In this document: in pieces, positions 44,415 through 55,288 of the stretch
Layout: every line of letters begins with the position of its first letter
Position numbering within the stretch: position 1 is the first letter of the stretch
NCBI GenBank assembly: GCA_002811645.1
Contig: PDIP01000036.1
Location: 124,001 to 188,000, forward strand
DNA: 64,000 nucleotides
Origin: Corallochytrium limacisporum Hawaii
Taxonomy: Eukaryota > Protista > Pluriformea
Direction of reading: 5' to 3'
Notes under the pieces: model-generated
The model's database searches: none
Seen by the model: only the letters and a program-made list of their open reading frames with translations
Told to the model about the DNA's origin: nothing
Translations under genes and position numbers: made by a program

Positions 44415-46978
44415 TACGACTGTTAGTCCCGTGTAAATATCTGCGGATTGTTTTGTGGTTGCTGTTGGTACGTGTACTATACAAAGTAGACAGTCTGTCC
44501 TACTCCATGCCTGAATTGAGAAGTGGTGTATCCTGACTGTGTATCCGACTGAACAGTGCTCACTATGAACTAAAGTATCCCGGCTGGAAGGGTCTCTTCT
44601 ACCGACGACGATCTTGGTATACCTTATCGGGGCATCTGATGTATAACAGCACACCATGCCCATTTTCAAATGCCGCTGACTCCCAGTTACCGTGGCATAC
44701 CCTATTACACAACCCAAATGTTACAAATGTACCCCTCGGTTGCCCCTTAGCACGACCCGAGTGACGTCCATCTGGGGTGCGGCTTACGTGCTTCTCACAT
44801 TCTCCCAACCGGGCTCTCGCTGCACAGATCGCCGGTTTTGCATCGCTCTCCCCCGTTTCGGCTTTTTCCATATTTTTTTTTTTTTCCTCCTCTTCGTGCT
44901 GGGGCCCCAGTGTGTGCTACATAACTCCCAGCCCGGCGGAGAAGGGTCCCCTCCCCCCCCCCCTCTGCTGCTGGCGGTGTAAAAATCTTTTTCTCTCTCT
45001 CTCCCCCTTTTTTTTTTTAACCTTGCGCAGTCGACGGGCAGGCCCCGGGGGCCGTCCCCTCCTTAATGTTCAGTACTGCCACCGGGCCAGGTTTCCAAAT
45101 TTAGACTCCCGCTGGGTCTGTAACCCCTCTTGCGTGCATGGAATGTTTTCCGTCACCCACTTCCGCATGCGGGTCTCCGCAAGGTATTCATTACGTCGTG
45201 CTTGTCATCATATTACTCCATACATTATATATCAACTATGTGGCGACTTCACGGAAACGCAAATTTAGGGACCTATCGAATCGCCGGGCCTCGTGCTTGT
45301 CGAAAACCCGTTCGTCAGATAGAGGGAAGGGGGGACCGGATGCACACTGGGGTACCTTCCGCTCCTCTCTCCCCCAGTCTTTTTTCAGTACCCAAAGGGC
45401 CCGCTCCACCGCAAGCCTTCCTCCCCCCCCCCTCTCTTCCTCTGTCCGGGCAGGAGGTTAGCCCGTGTGGCTTTTTTGGGCGGATCACTGGAACGGACTG
45501 TGACACAGTGCACTGTGGGGCCACCTCTCCGGGTGGAAAGTACCATTATTTCAATATAGATATTCAATGTTAAGAAAATATTCTTTGTTCAGGGTGCGTG
45601 TATGTTGCAACCCTGTTTGTGCCGGTGTGAGATGATGCAATTCCGGGAAAGCAGGAAAAAAATGGTTGCATCATGCGTTTTTACATGGGGATAACTCAGT
45701 TGATTTAGTACCGCTCGCGCTTAGCACTAATATGGGACGGGCACTAACGATTGAAGGGGGCCCCGGGCACAACGCACGACCGCGTGCCCGCCTGGTGTTT
45801 TTTTTATTATCTCTGGCGAGGTGCCCCGCTGTCTTCTTCCTATGAGGCTGCTTTTCGCCCGAGAAGGTTGATGGTCACCTCGGTTTTGTAAGGGGTGAAT
45901 ATATAATGAGTGAATATAAGAAGTCAGCCTCAACTCTGTATTCGTTCCTCCCGGGCTTGCCAGGCACTGTCCTAAAATGGTCCTGCTACCTTCCCTCCGG
46001 GGCCCCCGGGGGGGAGAGAGCCTCCCCCTTTTCGCTGGGGCCGGTCGGGTATCGGCAGACAAAGGGAGACACCTGCCCGCGGCAGCGGAGGAGCAAATTA
46101 GAAAATTAACCGCAAATTTGTCTTCATATTCACTATATAATCTTGGCAGATGCCGTCAAAGGTGACATGTCAGAGAGCCATACGGATGATGAAAGACTGG
46201 CAGAAATTTTCTCTTCTCCTGAGGTCCATGACCCACCTCCGGGAGAGCTGGCACTCAAGTGCACACTCGCCTGCGAACCGAACTAGAGTTGAGCCGTGCT
46301 GCCATCACCATCATCATCATTCGATTATACACAGAGCATCATAGCCAGCAATTTACATCATTGAATTCGCCACAGGAAAACTCAGAGGCACGGCCTTCGT
46401 CGGGTGCGCAGGATATTAGTACCATGGCTAGATGAAAGTTCAAAAATGAAATGATGATGCTGCACTGAGCCACGAGTTCCCGGTCACACTTACTTTTCTC
46501 GCTGTGAGTGCGAACCCTCCCCCGCTCTCTCTCTCTCTCTCTTCTGATTTGATTTAAACTGATACCCTAAACTAACATTATTAAAACCAATTAGACAGCA
46601 CTCTCCGATCGCCCTTCACCTGCCGAGTGAGCGGGCAAACAGTACATTCAGTATGAGACGCATTCTGCCACAATGGGCTGCCGGTACGGGCCGTTCCAAT
46701 TTCTTTACTTGCTATGTTTGTACACCCTCAGGTCAACAGCAGATGGTGAAAACGAGATTTGGGTGACCTTGCCAGCACAACAAAAACAAGTTCCCAGGGA
46801 TGGTCTAATAACTGCGCCGGTACTTCAAATGCCATCGTCTGATTTAGAGCAAGAGCATTGATCTTGAGGTGTCTGTATATGAAATGTATTTATCCTAGAG
46901 AAAACCAACGTTTCTGCGAGGCATGCGTCCGGTTTGAGATCTAGTACATTCTGGCCGTGCATATCACCCGCATTAGTT

Positions 46979-48022
46979 ATGGCAGGAAGACCTGCAGGGG
47001 CAGCTGTTCCGACACCAAAACCTGGGGGTCCACGACCCCCGAGAATCATTATTCCTGGGCAGAGGGGCTTTCGGACACAGGCTTTCCATGGGTACAGTGT
47101 TGAGTGGTCTCCATACTTCCCGGGACGACTCGCGGTCGGCAGTGCTCAACATTACGGCATTGCAGGCAATGGTCGGCTATCCATTTTGAGGGATGGTATG
47201 AACCCAGGTGAAGCCATCACGCCAGAACGAAGCTTTGACACACAAGAAGGCATTTATGAAGTAGCTTGGGCGGAAAACACGGAAAACCTGGTGGTCTGTG
47301 CGACAGGTGACGGATCACTGGTCCTCTTTGACTGCAGCAACCCCTCTCCGCAGCCACTGCGCATTTACAAGGAACACACGCGGGACGCCTATGCTGTGGA
47401 CTGGAATTTGGTGGCAAAAAATTCATTTGTGTCGGGTAGCTGGGACCAGACCGTGAAACTTTGGGACCCTCACCGCCCTCAGAGCTTAGCGACATTCCAG
47501 GGCCATGACCATGTTGTCTATGCCGTTGAATGGCATCCACACCAACCCAATATGTTTGGATCATGCTCCGCGGATCGTACGTTGCGTATCTGGGATGCAG
47601 GTGCTGCTGGCAAGCCGGCTACTGTGCTGCCAGTGCATGACTACGAAGTTCTGACATTTGACTGGTGCAAGTATGATGGCAATTTGGTGGTCACCGGTAG
47701 TGTAGACAAGTCAGTACGGGTATGGGACATTCGGCGACCCCTCAATCCTTTGTTCATCTTTCCAGGTCATCAATTTGCTGTGCGAAAGGTCAAGTTTTCG
47801 CCACATGACAAGAACAGAATCTTGTCCTGCTCGTACGACATGACCGTGCGACTGTGGAATATGGGTGCACCCAACGGTCAGGCACAAGAGGGAGTGTACG
47901 ACCATCACACGGAGTTCGTGGTTGGCATTGACTTTGATCTTCATCGCAGAGGAGTTGTTGCAGACTGTTCTTTCGATGAGACCGTCCAGATCTACAGCCC
48001 TCCACCTCTCACCGGCCCATGA
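46979..48022 (+). CDS. PEX7: Peroxin-7, PTS2 receptor (WD40)
   Basis: HGYSVEWSPY, AQHYGIAGNGRL, GDGSL, SGSWD, GHQFAVRKVKFSPH, SCSYDMTVRLW, HHTEFVVG. Confidence 0.95.
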   Translation: MAGRPAGAAVPTPKPGGPRPPRIIIPGQRGFRTQAFHGYSVEWSPYFPGRLAVGSAQHYGIAGNGRLSILRDGMNPGEAITPERSFDTQEGIYEVAWAENTENLVVCATGDGSLVLFDCSNPSPQPLRIYKEHTRDAYAVDWNLVAKNSFVSGSWDQTVKLWDPHRPQSLATFQGHDHVVYAVEWHPHQPNMFGSCSADRTLRIWDAGAAGKPATVLPVHDYEVLTFDWCKYDGNLVVTGSVDKSVRVWDIRRPLNPLFIFPGHQFAVRKVKFSPHDKNRILSCSYDMTVRLWNMGAPNGQAQEGVYDHHTEFVVGIDFDLHRRGVVADCSFDETVQIYSPPPLTGP

Positions 48023-48104
48023 ACGTTAGCTCAAGCAGCAGGCACGTCAAAACCATACAAAACTTAGTTCCTAGTCGTTTGATATAATACAAGTCTCTGG
48101 TTCG

Positions 48105-48983
48105 TTATAGATTTCCACAGGCCGCGAGGGCTGTGTCTGAAATGTCTGTCACGGGACCACGACACAAAACAATACGTGAGCCAGAGTCAGGACCGTTGGC
48201 CTTGGGTGTCACATCGTTTGGCAACGTGTCAAAATTGGACTCTACTGAGAGTAACTGCAGACGTTGAGCCTCTGAGGCGTTGTTTGTATTTGTAACACCA
48301 AATTGCGTGGCTGCCTGGTCCAAGATCCGACCAAAGACATCATCTTGGTTAAAGAAGAGTGGCATATGCTTCAATTTCGTGGCATCCGTGTCCGAAGCGA
48401 CGTACGCCACATCGTAGTAGACCCTCTTCTCCTGGGGCACATTGTTGTTTCCCTTGGCCTTCATTTTCAGCTTCATAACTACAACCTTGGGATGACGTTT
48501 CTTCAACTTGATCACTGGTCGCGGTTTTACCGCCTTTTTCCCCGCCCCTGTGTCGGCTTTCGTTGTACTGGCCTCAGTGGCTTGTGGTTTGGGACAGGCG
48601 TGTTCGTCCGGGTGCCTATGCTTTAGGCAATAGTCCTGGTCACAAAGCGCACAGTGAGCCCTGACAAACTTCACCGACTGTGCACAGCTCTCCAACGCAC
48701 ACACAGGGCCACCATACTTTCCCCTTGCTTCCTCACATCGCTTGGCTTGGTGTAGCTTTAGCTCCGGACTGTCAACGTTCGGATCCTCTGGCCCAGGGGG
48801 CAAGAGATCTCCACAGAACTCACATTTCACTGACCGGTCCACAAAACGCTTCTGGTGGAGACAGTCATGCTGATCTGGTCGACCGTGACTTGCACAGAAA
48901 GTCGTCTTACAAAGTTGACATTCTACGGGAAGGAAATCTAGTGAATTACATTCCTTATATGAACAGTGCTTTCCGTACTCCAT
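48105..48983 (-). CDS. ZFAND1: AN1-type zinc finger protein 1 (two AN1 fingers plus C-terminal ubiquitin-like domain)
   Basis: GKHCS..ECNSLDFLPVEC..C...FC..H....HDC; second finger CLKHRHPDEHAC; MKLKMKAKGNNNVPQEKRVY. Confidence 0.88.
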   Translation of the reverse strand: MEYGKHCSYKECNSLDFLPVECQLCKTTFCASHGRPDQHDCLHQKRFVDRSVKCEFCGDLLPPGPEDPNVDSPELKLHQAKRCEEARGKYGGPVCALESCAQSVKFVRAHCALCDQDYCLKHRHPDEHACPKPQATEASTTKADTGAGKKAVKPRPVIKLKKRHPKVVVMKLKMKAKGNNNVPQEKRVYYDVAYVASDTDATKLKHMPLFFNQDDVFGRILDQAATQFGVTNTNNASEAQRLQLLSVESNFDTLPNDVTPKANGPDSGSRIVLCRGPVTDISDTALAACGNL

Positions 48984-49903
48984 CCTACGGTCGACTCATG
49001 CTGATCTCCAAACGAATGCGTCCACAGCCCGAAAGATGCGTGTATGGCGAAGTATAGGCAGCGTGTAACTATGTGAAACACCTTACTCAGCACATTTTGA
49101 AACAGCGCAGGCTCTGTCCGTCCAGACGGGCTCACGCGGCGACCCTGCGACCTTTCACACCCCCCTTAGGCGGAGGCCCCCTTGCCCCGAGGAGGGGCTG
49201 GAGTGTGTATTGACCCCGGCGCTTAGCTTACGGTCAAAGTGGTCTCCCCCCCCCCACTCTTTCCTTCTCCCAAGGGTCGGAAATGCCCCATTGCACAGAC
49301 GCCCGCGGGTCCGGGTCATGAGAGGGGTGTGCCCGACCGGTTGCATTTTTCATTGTCGCATGTCCAGCAGTCTCTGCGCCCACTTCAACACTTGGGAGCG
49401 GTCAGAAAGGTGGGAGGAGGTGTGTGAGTTGTGGAAAAAAAATTTCTTCTGCAAGGAAGGGAACCGAGCGGTTGGGGTGCACCGGTCGTTTATTAACATT
49501 TTGGGTCGTCGTAAGGCAGCCTGTGCGGGACGGTTAGTATCAACGACAGCGGAACTGGTTTTGCGGTAACGAAGCCTTCTCTGGTTCTAGATCTTGGCAT
49601 CTACGTGAATCAGAGGTCGGACATGCTCACAATCCATAGCTCATGCTCTCCAATTCTCGTAACAGAGCGATCAAGGATCAACTTTTTTTGATGCTCCCGT
49701 CACAGCTGAGTGGTCGATAACTTGAAACATCCAGTCATGACGCGTATGGGAGATGAACGGCGGTGTGACACGTACTGCCGTGCATCATCCATATTCCTTC
49801 TCCCTGTCCTGTGGACCCCCCCCCTCGTCTCCCGCCCTCGTCCCAAATGAATTACCTTGTCCGAAATACGTCCCACATCAGCACATATTCCGGACAAGGT
49901 AAT

Positions 49904-50264
49904 NNNNNNNNNNNNNNNNNNNNNNNNNNNNNNNNNNNNNNNNNNNNNNNNNNNNNNNNNNNNNNNNNNNNNNNNNNNNNNNNNNNNNNNNNNNNNNNNN
50001 NNNNNNNNNNNNNNNNNNNNNNNNNNNNNNNNNNNNNNNNNNNNNNNNNNNNNNNNNNNNNNNNNNNNNNNNNNNNNNNNNNNNNNNNNNNNNNNNNNNN
50101 NNNNNNNNNNNNNNNNNNNNNNNNNNNNNNNNNNNNNNNNNNNNNNNNNNNNNNNNNNNNNNNNNNNNNNNNNNNNNNNNNNNNNNNNNNNNNNNNNNNN
50201 NNNNNNNNNNNNNNNNNNNNNNNNNNNNNNNNNNNNNNNNNNNNNNNNNNNNNNNNNNNNNNNN
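49904..50264. other. Assembly gap (N) within the island between ZFAND1 and the 50820 orphan
   Basis: N run followed by G10. Confidence 0.99.
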
Positions 50265-50819
50265 GGGGGGGGGGCCTGGCGCGCGTACCCGTTCCTCCCG
50301 GCGAGCGAGCACGGTGCGGGGGTGGGGGTTGGGGCAAAGAGCAAGAGACCCTATTCTCCCTGCGGCAGTGTTTTTGCGTTGCTGTTTTTTTTTTTTGGTC
50401 CATGGTCCACCGAGCCAGGGACAAAGCCGAAAAAGACCGTTTGTGCCCGGAGGACTTGACGAAGAAGGCAAGGAAGAGGAAAGGGGAAGGAGGGGGGGGC
50501 CAACAGGTCTGCTCGGGCGGGGGTGTGGTTGGGATGAGGGATGAGGTGAGGTGTTGTGTCTTGCATCACAGACGTTGCAATTGACGGCGAAAATGGCAGT
50601 GGTGACTCATGGTTTGGTGCGGTGGTATTTATGTGCATAAGGGAACGTATTCCAAAGGAAACTATTTCTGGTGCCTGAAATGGTATTCACGGGAGTGTAT
50701 ACGAATCCGCACGGATAAAAGCCTGCAATCGTACGAGGTGATTGAGTTGCCAGCACATATAGAAAGGAGTATGTGCTCATAGAGACCCTCTTGCCCAAGT
50801 GAGGGCTACAATTATCAAT

Positions 50820-51782
50820 ATGGCAGATTCACTTACAGAAATATTCAATTGCACAGACGGCCTTCGCGCCGCGTTTCCGGAGCAGGACTCTGGACAATTT
50901 GTTCCGCCAGCGATGAGCCGGACCCTCATAAAGGACGAAGTGACTTTAAAGAAACGGGGTATGACAGACTATGGACCAGACAAGGAACTGTACTCATTAT
51001 GTCGAAAGATTCTTGATGTGCAAGTAGCACCTATTAGGAAATCAAGCTCAGGACTCATTAGCGGCCCAATGCTTAGCGAGGAGGTGCTGGCTATGAGACC
51101 GATGTTCACGGACGAAGAATGGGAGGAGTGGCTTGAAAAGCAAAAGCGTTTCTCAGCAATCTTAGCAGAAGAAGAGGACGAGCTTTCACAACAGCAGGAT
51201 CGTTTGTGGGAAAGTGCATGGATGGAACAGAAAATGCTCCAGAATCGACTGGAAGCAGCGGAACAATTCTTAGAACGGGAACAGAGATTGTTGCGTGCAC
51301 AGCAACGACGCATGAGCGCTGAGCGCCGTGAGGCTCTGCTGCACCCTGACGATGAAGAAGAGGGGAAGACAAATCGGTTCTACGGAGATGATCAATTCAC
51401 TAAAGAAATGCGCGAAAAGGGTCTTCGTTACAAGACTGAATCTGAAGAGAGAGCGATTCGGTATGAAGATCTGCCTCCCGTCCCAGAGGACTTTTCAGTC
51501 TTGCTGCAAAGTACTGCCACGCTATCAGTTGGATCACCGATTGCAGAAGACGTTGACATCGATGACAATGTCATGGACAATGTGACCAAGAGTAGTTCTG
51601 CCATGTATGTCGATGAACAAGTGCGTGATGCTATGAGAGGCTCTCCAATGGCCGCAAAGGCACGCCTTCTGAACGCGACGGACCACCTTGATACACCAGG
51701 AAGTGACGACGAGGCTGAAGACCTGCATCTGTCCGGTACCCTCCCACAAGTAAACGGCAACAGCAAAGGCATATTTGCATAA
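50820..51782 (+). CDS. Hypothetical protein with central coiled coil and acidic C-terminus
   Basis: 320-aa ORF with protein-like composition, downstream of a promoter-type island and convergent with TBP-A. Confidence 0.75.
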   Translation: MADSLTEIFNCTDGLRAAFPEQDSGQFVPPAMSRTLIKDEVTLKKRGMTDYGPDKELYSLCRKILDVQVAPIRKSSSGLISGPMLSEEVLAMRPMFTDEEWEEWLEKQKRFSAILAEEEDELSQQQDRLWESAWMEQKMLQNRLEAAEQFLEREQRLLRAQQRRMSAERREALLHPDDEEEGKTNRFYGDDQFTKEMREKGLRYKTESEERAIRYEDLPPVPEDFSVLLQSTATLSVGSPIAEDVDIDDNVMDNVTKSSSAMYVDEQVRDAMRGSPMAAKARLLNATDHLDTPGSDDEAEDLHLSGTLPQVNGNSKGIFA

Positions 51783-51873
51783 AGAACATGGGACGTCATG
51801 GACGTTGTAAATACATGAGCATATGTAGTAATAGGACATTATGGATGGTATTGTTTTGAATTATGTACAAAGC

Positions 51874-52734
51874 TTACTCCTGCTGGGCAGCTGGTGGCTC
51901 ATATTTCCGGTACTGCTGCAAAGCAGGGAAGATAAGCTCAAAGGCATCGATAATATCTTTCTCATATTTCGCACCGGTCAGTACAACCTTGCCAGATCCG
52001 AAGACAAGGAGGGTGACCTTTGGTTCCACCATCTTCCACACCAATCCGGGAAACACCTCTGGTTCGTAGGATGCAATCTGGTCATTGTCCTCGGCGCTCA
52101 TCTTCTGCAACTCGATCCTGAAACCAAGATTAACAGAGCCGACAATATTCTGCACCTTGAAACTTGAATAATCTGACACTTTAGACATCTTCAGAGCCTG
52201 GCAGATGGCCTTTGTAAACTTCTTGGCACCAAGAATAGCATCTTTCTCGCTCTTTGCGCCCGTAACTACTAGCTTACCGGTTGCGAAAATAAGAGCGGTT
52301 GTCCGTGGCTCTCTTTGTTTCATAATTACAGCAGCAAAACGCTTTGGGTTGTACTCTGTGTTCTTACACTTCTGTGAGATCATGCTCAGGTCTAACTTCT
52401 TATTCAGATCCAGTGTAGCCACAATATTCTGCATTTGTGGTACCAACCCTGAAGGATGTTCCTTGAAGTCAACCTCTGCTCGTGTGTCTGTTTGAACCGA
52501 ATATGCTTGGTCATAAAATTGTTGCGCAGGAGTTTGTGGAATTACGCTTTGGGCATAATAAGCACCACCCGGAGTGGGAGCAGCAAAATCTGTCGGTGGG
52601 TTAAATGGCGTGGGAGCCGCAAATGAACTGTACGCCGGATGCGCTGGCGTTGGCGCCGAAAAGTTCTGACCACCAAACGGCGTCGGCGCATTATATGGCG
52701 TCGGCGCCGCAAATGGATTCCGGAAACTCGCCAT
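51874..52734 (-). CDS. TBP: TATA-binding protein paralog A (N-terminal APTP repeats)
   Basis: [61 protein letters not shown]; both TBP repeats present. Confidence 0.93.
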   Translation of the reverse strand: MASFRNPFAAPTPYNAPTPFGGQNFSAPTPAHPAYSSFAAPTPFNPPTDFAAPTPGGAYYAQSVIPQTPAQQFYDQAYSVQTDTRAEVDFKEHPSGLVPQMQNIVATLDLNKKLDLSMISQKCKNTEYNPKRFAAVIMKQREPRTTALIFATGKLVVTGAKSEKDAILGAKKFTKAICQALKMSKVSDYSSFKVQNIVGSVNLGFRIELQKMSAEDNDQIASYEPEVFPGLVWKMVEPKVTLLVFGSGKVVLTGAKYEKDIIDAFELIFPALQQYRKYEPPAAQQE

Positions 52735-53784
52735 TGTTATGGTCTTGAGAAATTAATTTTCCCGTGTCTGTTTGCAATTTTTGGTCTTACGAGTTTGACA
52801 TGAGCTGACGTTTCTAATCTGAACCTTTGAAACTGCCAAATTGTCTTTTCTTTTTTATTTTCAGTGTTCTTAGATTCCCTCCAATAATTCTTTAAAATTG
52901 AGTATATAGTCGCGTAACTTTCTTTAATAATTCCCTTGAACTAAAACTGAGTCACTTTTAAAATGAATCGCACAAAGCCAAGTCGTTGGTGCCGAACAAA
53001 AAATACTTGCTGGCACTTCCCAATTGTGTATGCTGTCAACGACCGACACGATTAACTAGCTCACATTTTCACTTTCGATATTTATTTTCTGTACGTTCCC
53101 ATAGGTACCTGGAGATGCCAATGGCATGACAATGAGACTATGGCACGACCTCAGGGGCTGCGTCCTCCACCGGTCCTACAGCAAGTCAATCAGAGCCGCG
53201 CCAACCAGCCCTGCTGGTCACATGGGAGGGGCCCACTCTAGCCATAGTCAATGTAAGCAAATTTTCATCTCTTGTACTACGAAGGCCAGGCTCGGAGATA
53301 AGGAACAACTGTTGAGGGGAATGTTCTCGAAGTCATACATTCAGTATCGGAAAGAACAAGGCTTTTGGACTCAAGACGTATGCCGGGCACCCAAAACGGT
53401 CGCGGCAGGGGAATATACATACGGAAGGGTTTGGAAAATCTTGCGAGAAGGCTGTCCTATATGGTAGCTAGAGCCGAAATTCCCGCCCAAAAATTTACTA
53501 CCTTGCTGCGGGCCAAGAGTTCAGCACCTGGGGTCCACTCCAAGGGGGCGGGTCGGCGGACCCGGCTTCGCGGGCGAGTCACACGGACATTGTCTTCAAG
53601 TTGATTAAGCTGAGGGTATTTGGAAGACGAAACATCCGCTAAAATTTATATCTCGCACGTATAAGCAATTTGACAGAGAATAAATGCAACCACAATGACA
53701 TAGAAGACCACTGAGGGAAGCGCCTTGATTTGTTCAGTAATCATGGTGTAGGTCAGTTTTGTTTATTGAGAAAACTGTTTTAAA

Positions 53785-54546
53785 ATGTCCCGAGAAATCA
53801 GTAGGCCGTCTACGCGACGAGCTGCTCGGCCGATTATTTCCGAAGCCACCGATGGGAGCCGCAGACGAGTTCCATCAGCCAGCACAGGGAGGGCAATCAA
53901 AGAGACCAGACGTCGTGGCCTTCCGGAGCCGGCTGAAGACCTTGTAGAACGCGACAATATATACACAGGGATCACAGAGGAGGACCGCCATCCGTCAGGT
54001 TTAAGGCCCGTCAAGCACAATGTTGTAGCAACAGTAGCCTTAGGAGATTCTCTGCCACTCATGCAAATCGCGATGCGAGTGAGAAATGCAGAGTATAGTC
54101 CAAAAAGGTTCGCCGCGGTAATCATGAAGCTGCGTGCGCCGAAGTGCACTGCATTGGTCTTCGCATCAGGGAAGATGGTAGTCACAGGTGCAAAAAGTAT
54201 AACGGAAGCGAAACGAGCTGGAATGAAGTTCCGAAAGATCATTCAGAAGACCTGCCCCAACATCGACATCAAGTTCCGCGACTTTACAATTCAAAACATG
54301 GTGGCCTCAGCGGATGTCAGGTTTCCCATTCGTTTGGAGGGCATTTCAGGCAGTCATCAGTCAGCGTTTTCAACTTACGAACCGGAGGTCTTCCCGGGCC
54401 TCATCTATCGCATGTACGACCCTATCGTGACACTTCTTATCTTCGTGTCCGGTAAAGTCGTCTTGACCGGTGCAAAGACAGACGAATCTATCGAGGATGC
54501 GTTTGACAAAATCTATCCACTCCTCAGTGAATTCCGAAAGCTCTAA
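53785..54546 (+). CDS. TBP: TATA-binding protein paralog B (Arg-rich N-terminus)
   Basis: [73 protein letters not shown]. Confidence 0.95.
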   Translation: MSREISRPSTRRAARPIISEATDGSRRRVPSASTGRAIKETRRRGLPEPAEDLVERDNIYTGITEEDRHPSGLRPVKHNVVATVALGDSLPLMQIAMRVRNAEYSPKRFAAVIMKLRAPKCTALVFASGKMVVTGAKSITEAKRAGMKFRKIIQKTCPNIDIKFRDFTIQNMVASADVRFPIRLEGISGSHQSAFSTYEPEVFPGLIYRMYDPIVTLLIFVSGKVVLTGAKTDESIEDAFDKIYPLLSEFRKL

Positions 54547-55288
54547 GCATGTCGTTTGCATCATTAAGCGTTCACTATCCTTCATCATCAACACAGTCTC
54601 ATTCTCACTTTTCATATCCATCATATTCACACATCATGCCCCATAGTACAAGCCCATATTATCCACGCTTTCCATATCCGTATACTGACTAGTCTACCCT
54701 CTTAATTGCGCGCCTTACCCAAGCCCCGTCGCGAATTCTGTACATTCGCTATAGAAACGAACTGTAAGGCCTTGCCGACCCAGTAACACTGGCTTATAGT
54801 CGGCCCCCCTTTGACCACTACACTGCAAATCAATGCTCTGAACAGTTTCGTCTCGTCCCTACGAACACGATAGAAAAAGGCAGGAGGGGAAGCGGCACAA
54901 GGAAAGTGGCTGTTTTGACTTTTCTTCGAGGGGTCCAATGCGGTACATTGGGTACGGAGAGACGGTGCACATAGGGCCCGCCCTCGGGGCGTCCAAGGCA
55001 CTATAACAGCCCATTTGGCCTAGCAGCTGTTGTGTGTTTTTGGCCTTTGCCGAGAGAGGAACCGCCGGAGGTGATGTGGCGCCTTCGTCTGGACGGACCG
55101 AAGAGTTGGGAAGTTAAACTGTCGCTTTCAAACGTGTTGGTATGGCAGCTTTCGGAGCGGCGAATCTCATGCTCTCGAATAATTCACCAGTATGTTTGGA
55201 TGGTATTTATGGTACAATACTATCGCGGCTAATATTTTGTGCAAAATGGATGTACTTAGTCTCGAACTTGTTTCGGTTATATATGATC

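Noticed and set aside
46444-46555. C/D box snoRNA candidate (ATGATGA...CTGA with a weak terminal stem)
   Set aside because: The would-be guide is a (CT)n microsatellite and the D' spacing is too short; likely chance.
50820-51782. Faint resemblance of the orphan N-terminus to DASH subunit Spc34
   Set aside because: Only a few scattered residues match; it cannot be supported without a profile search.
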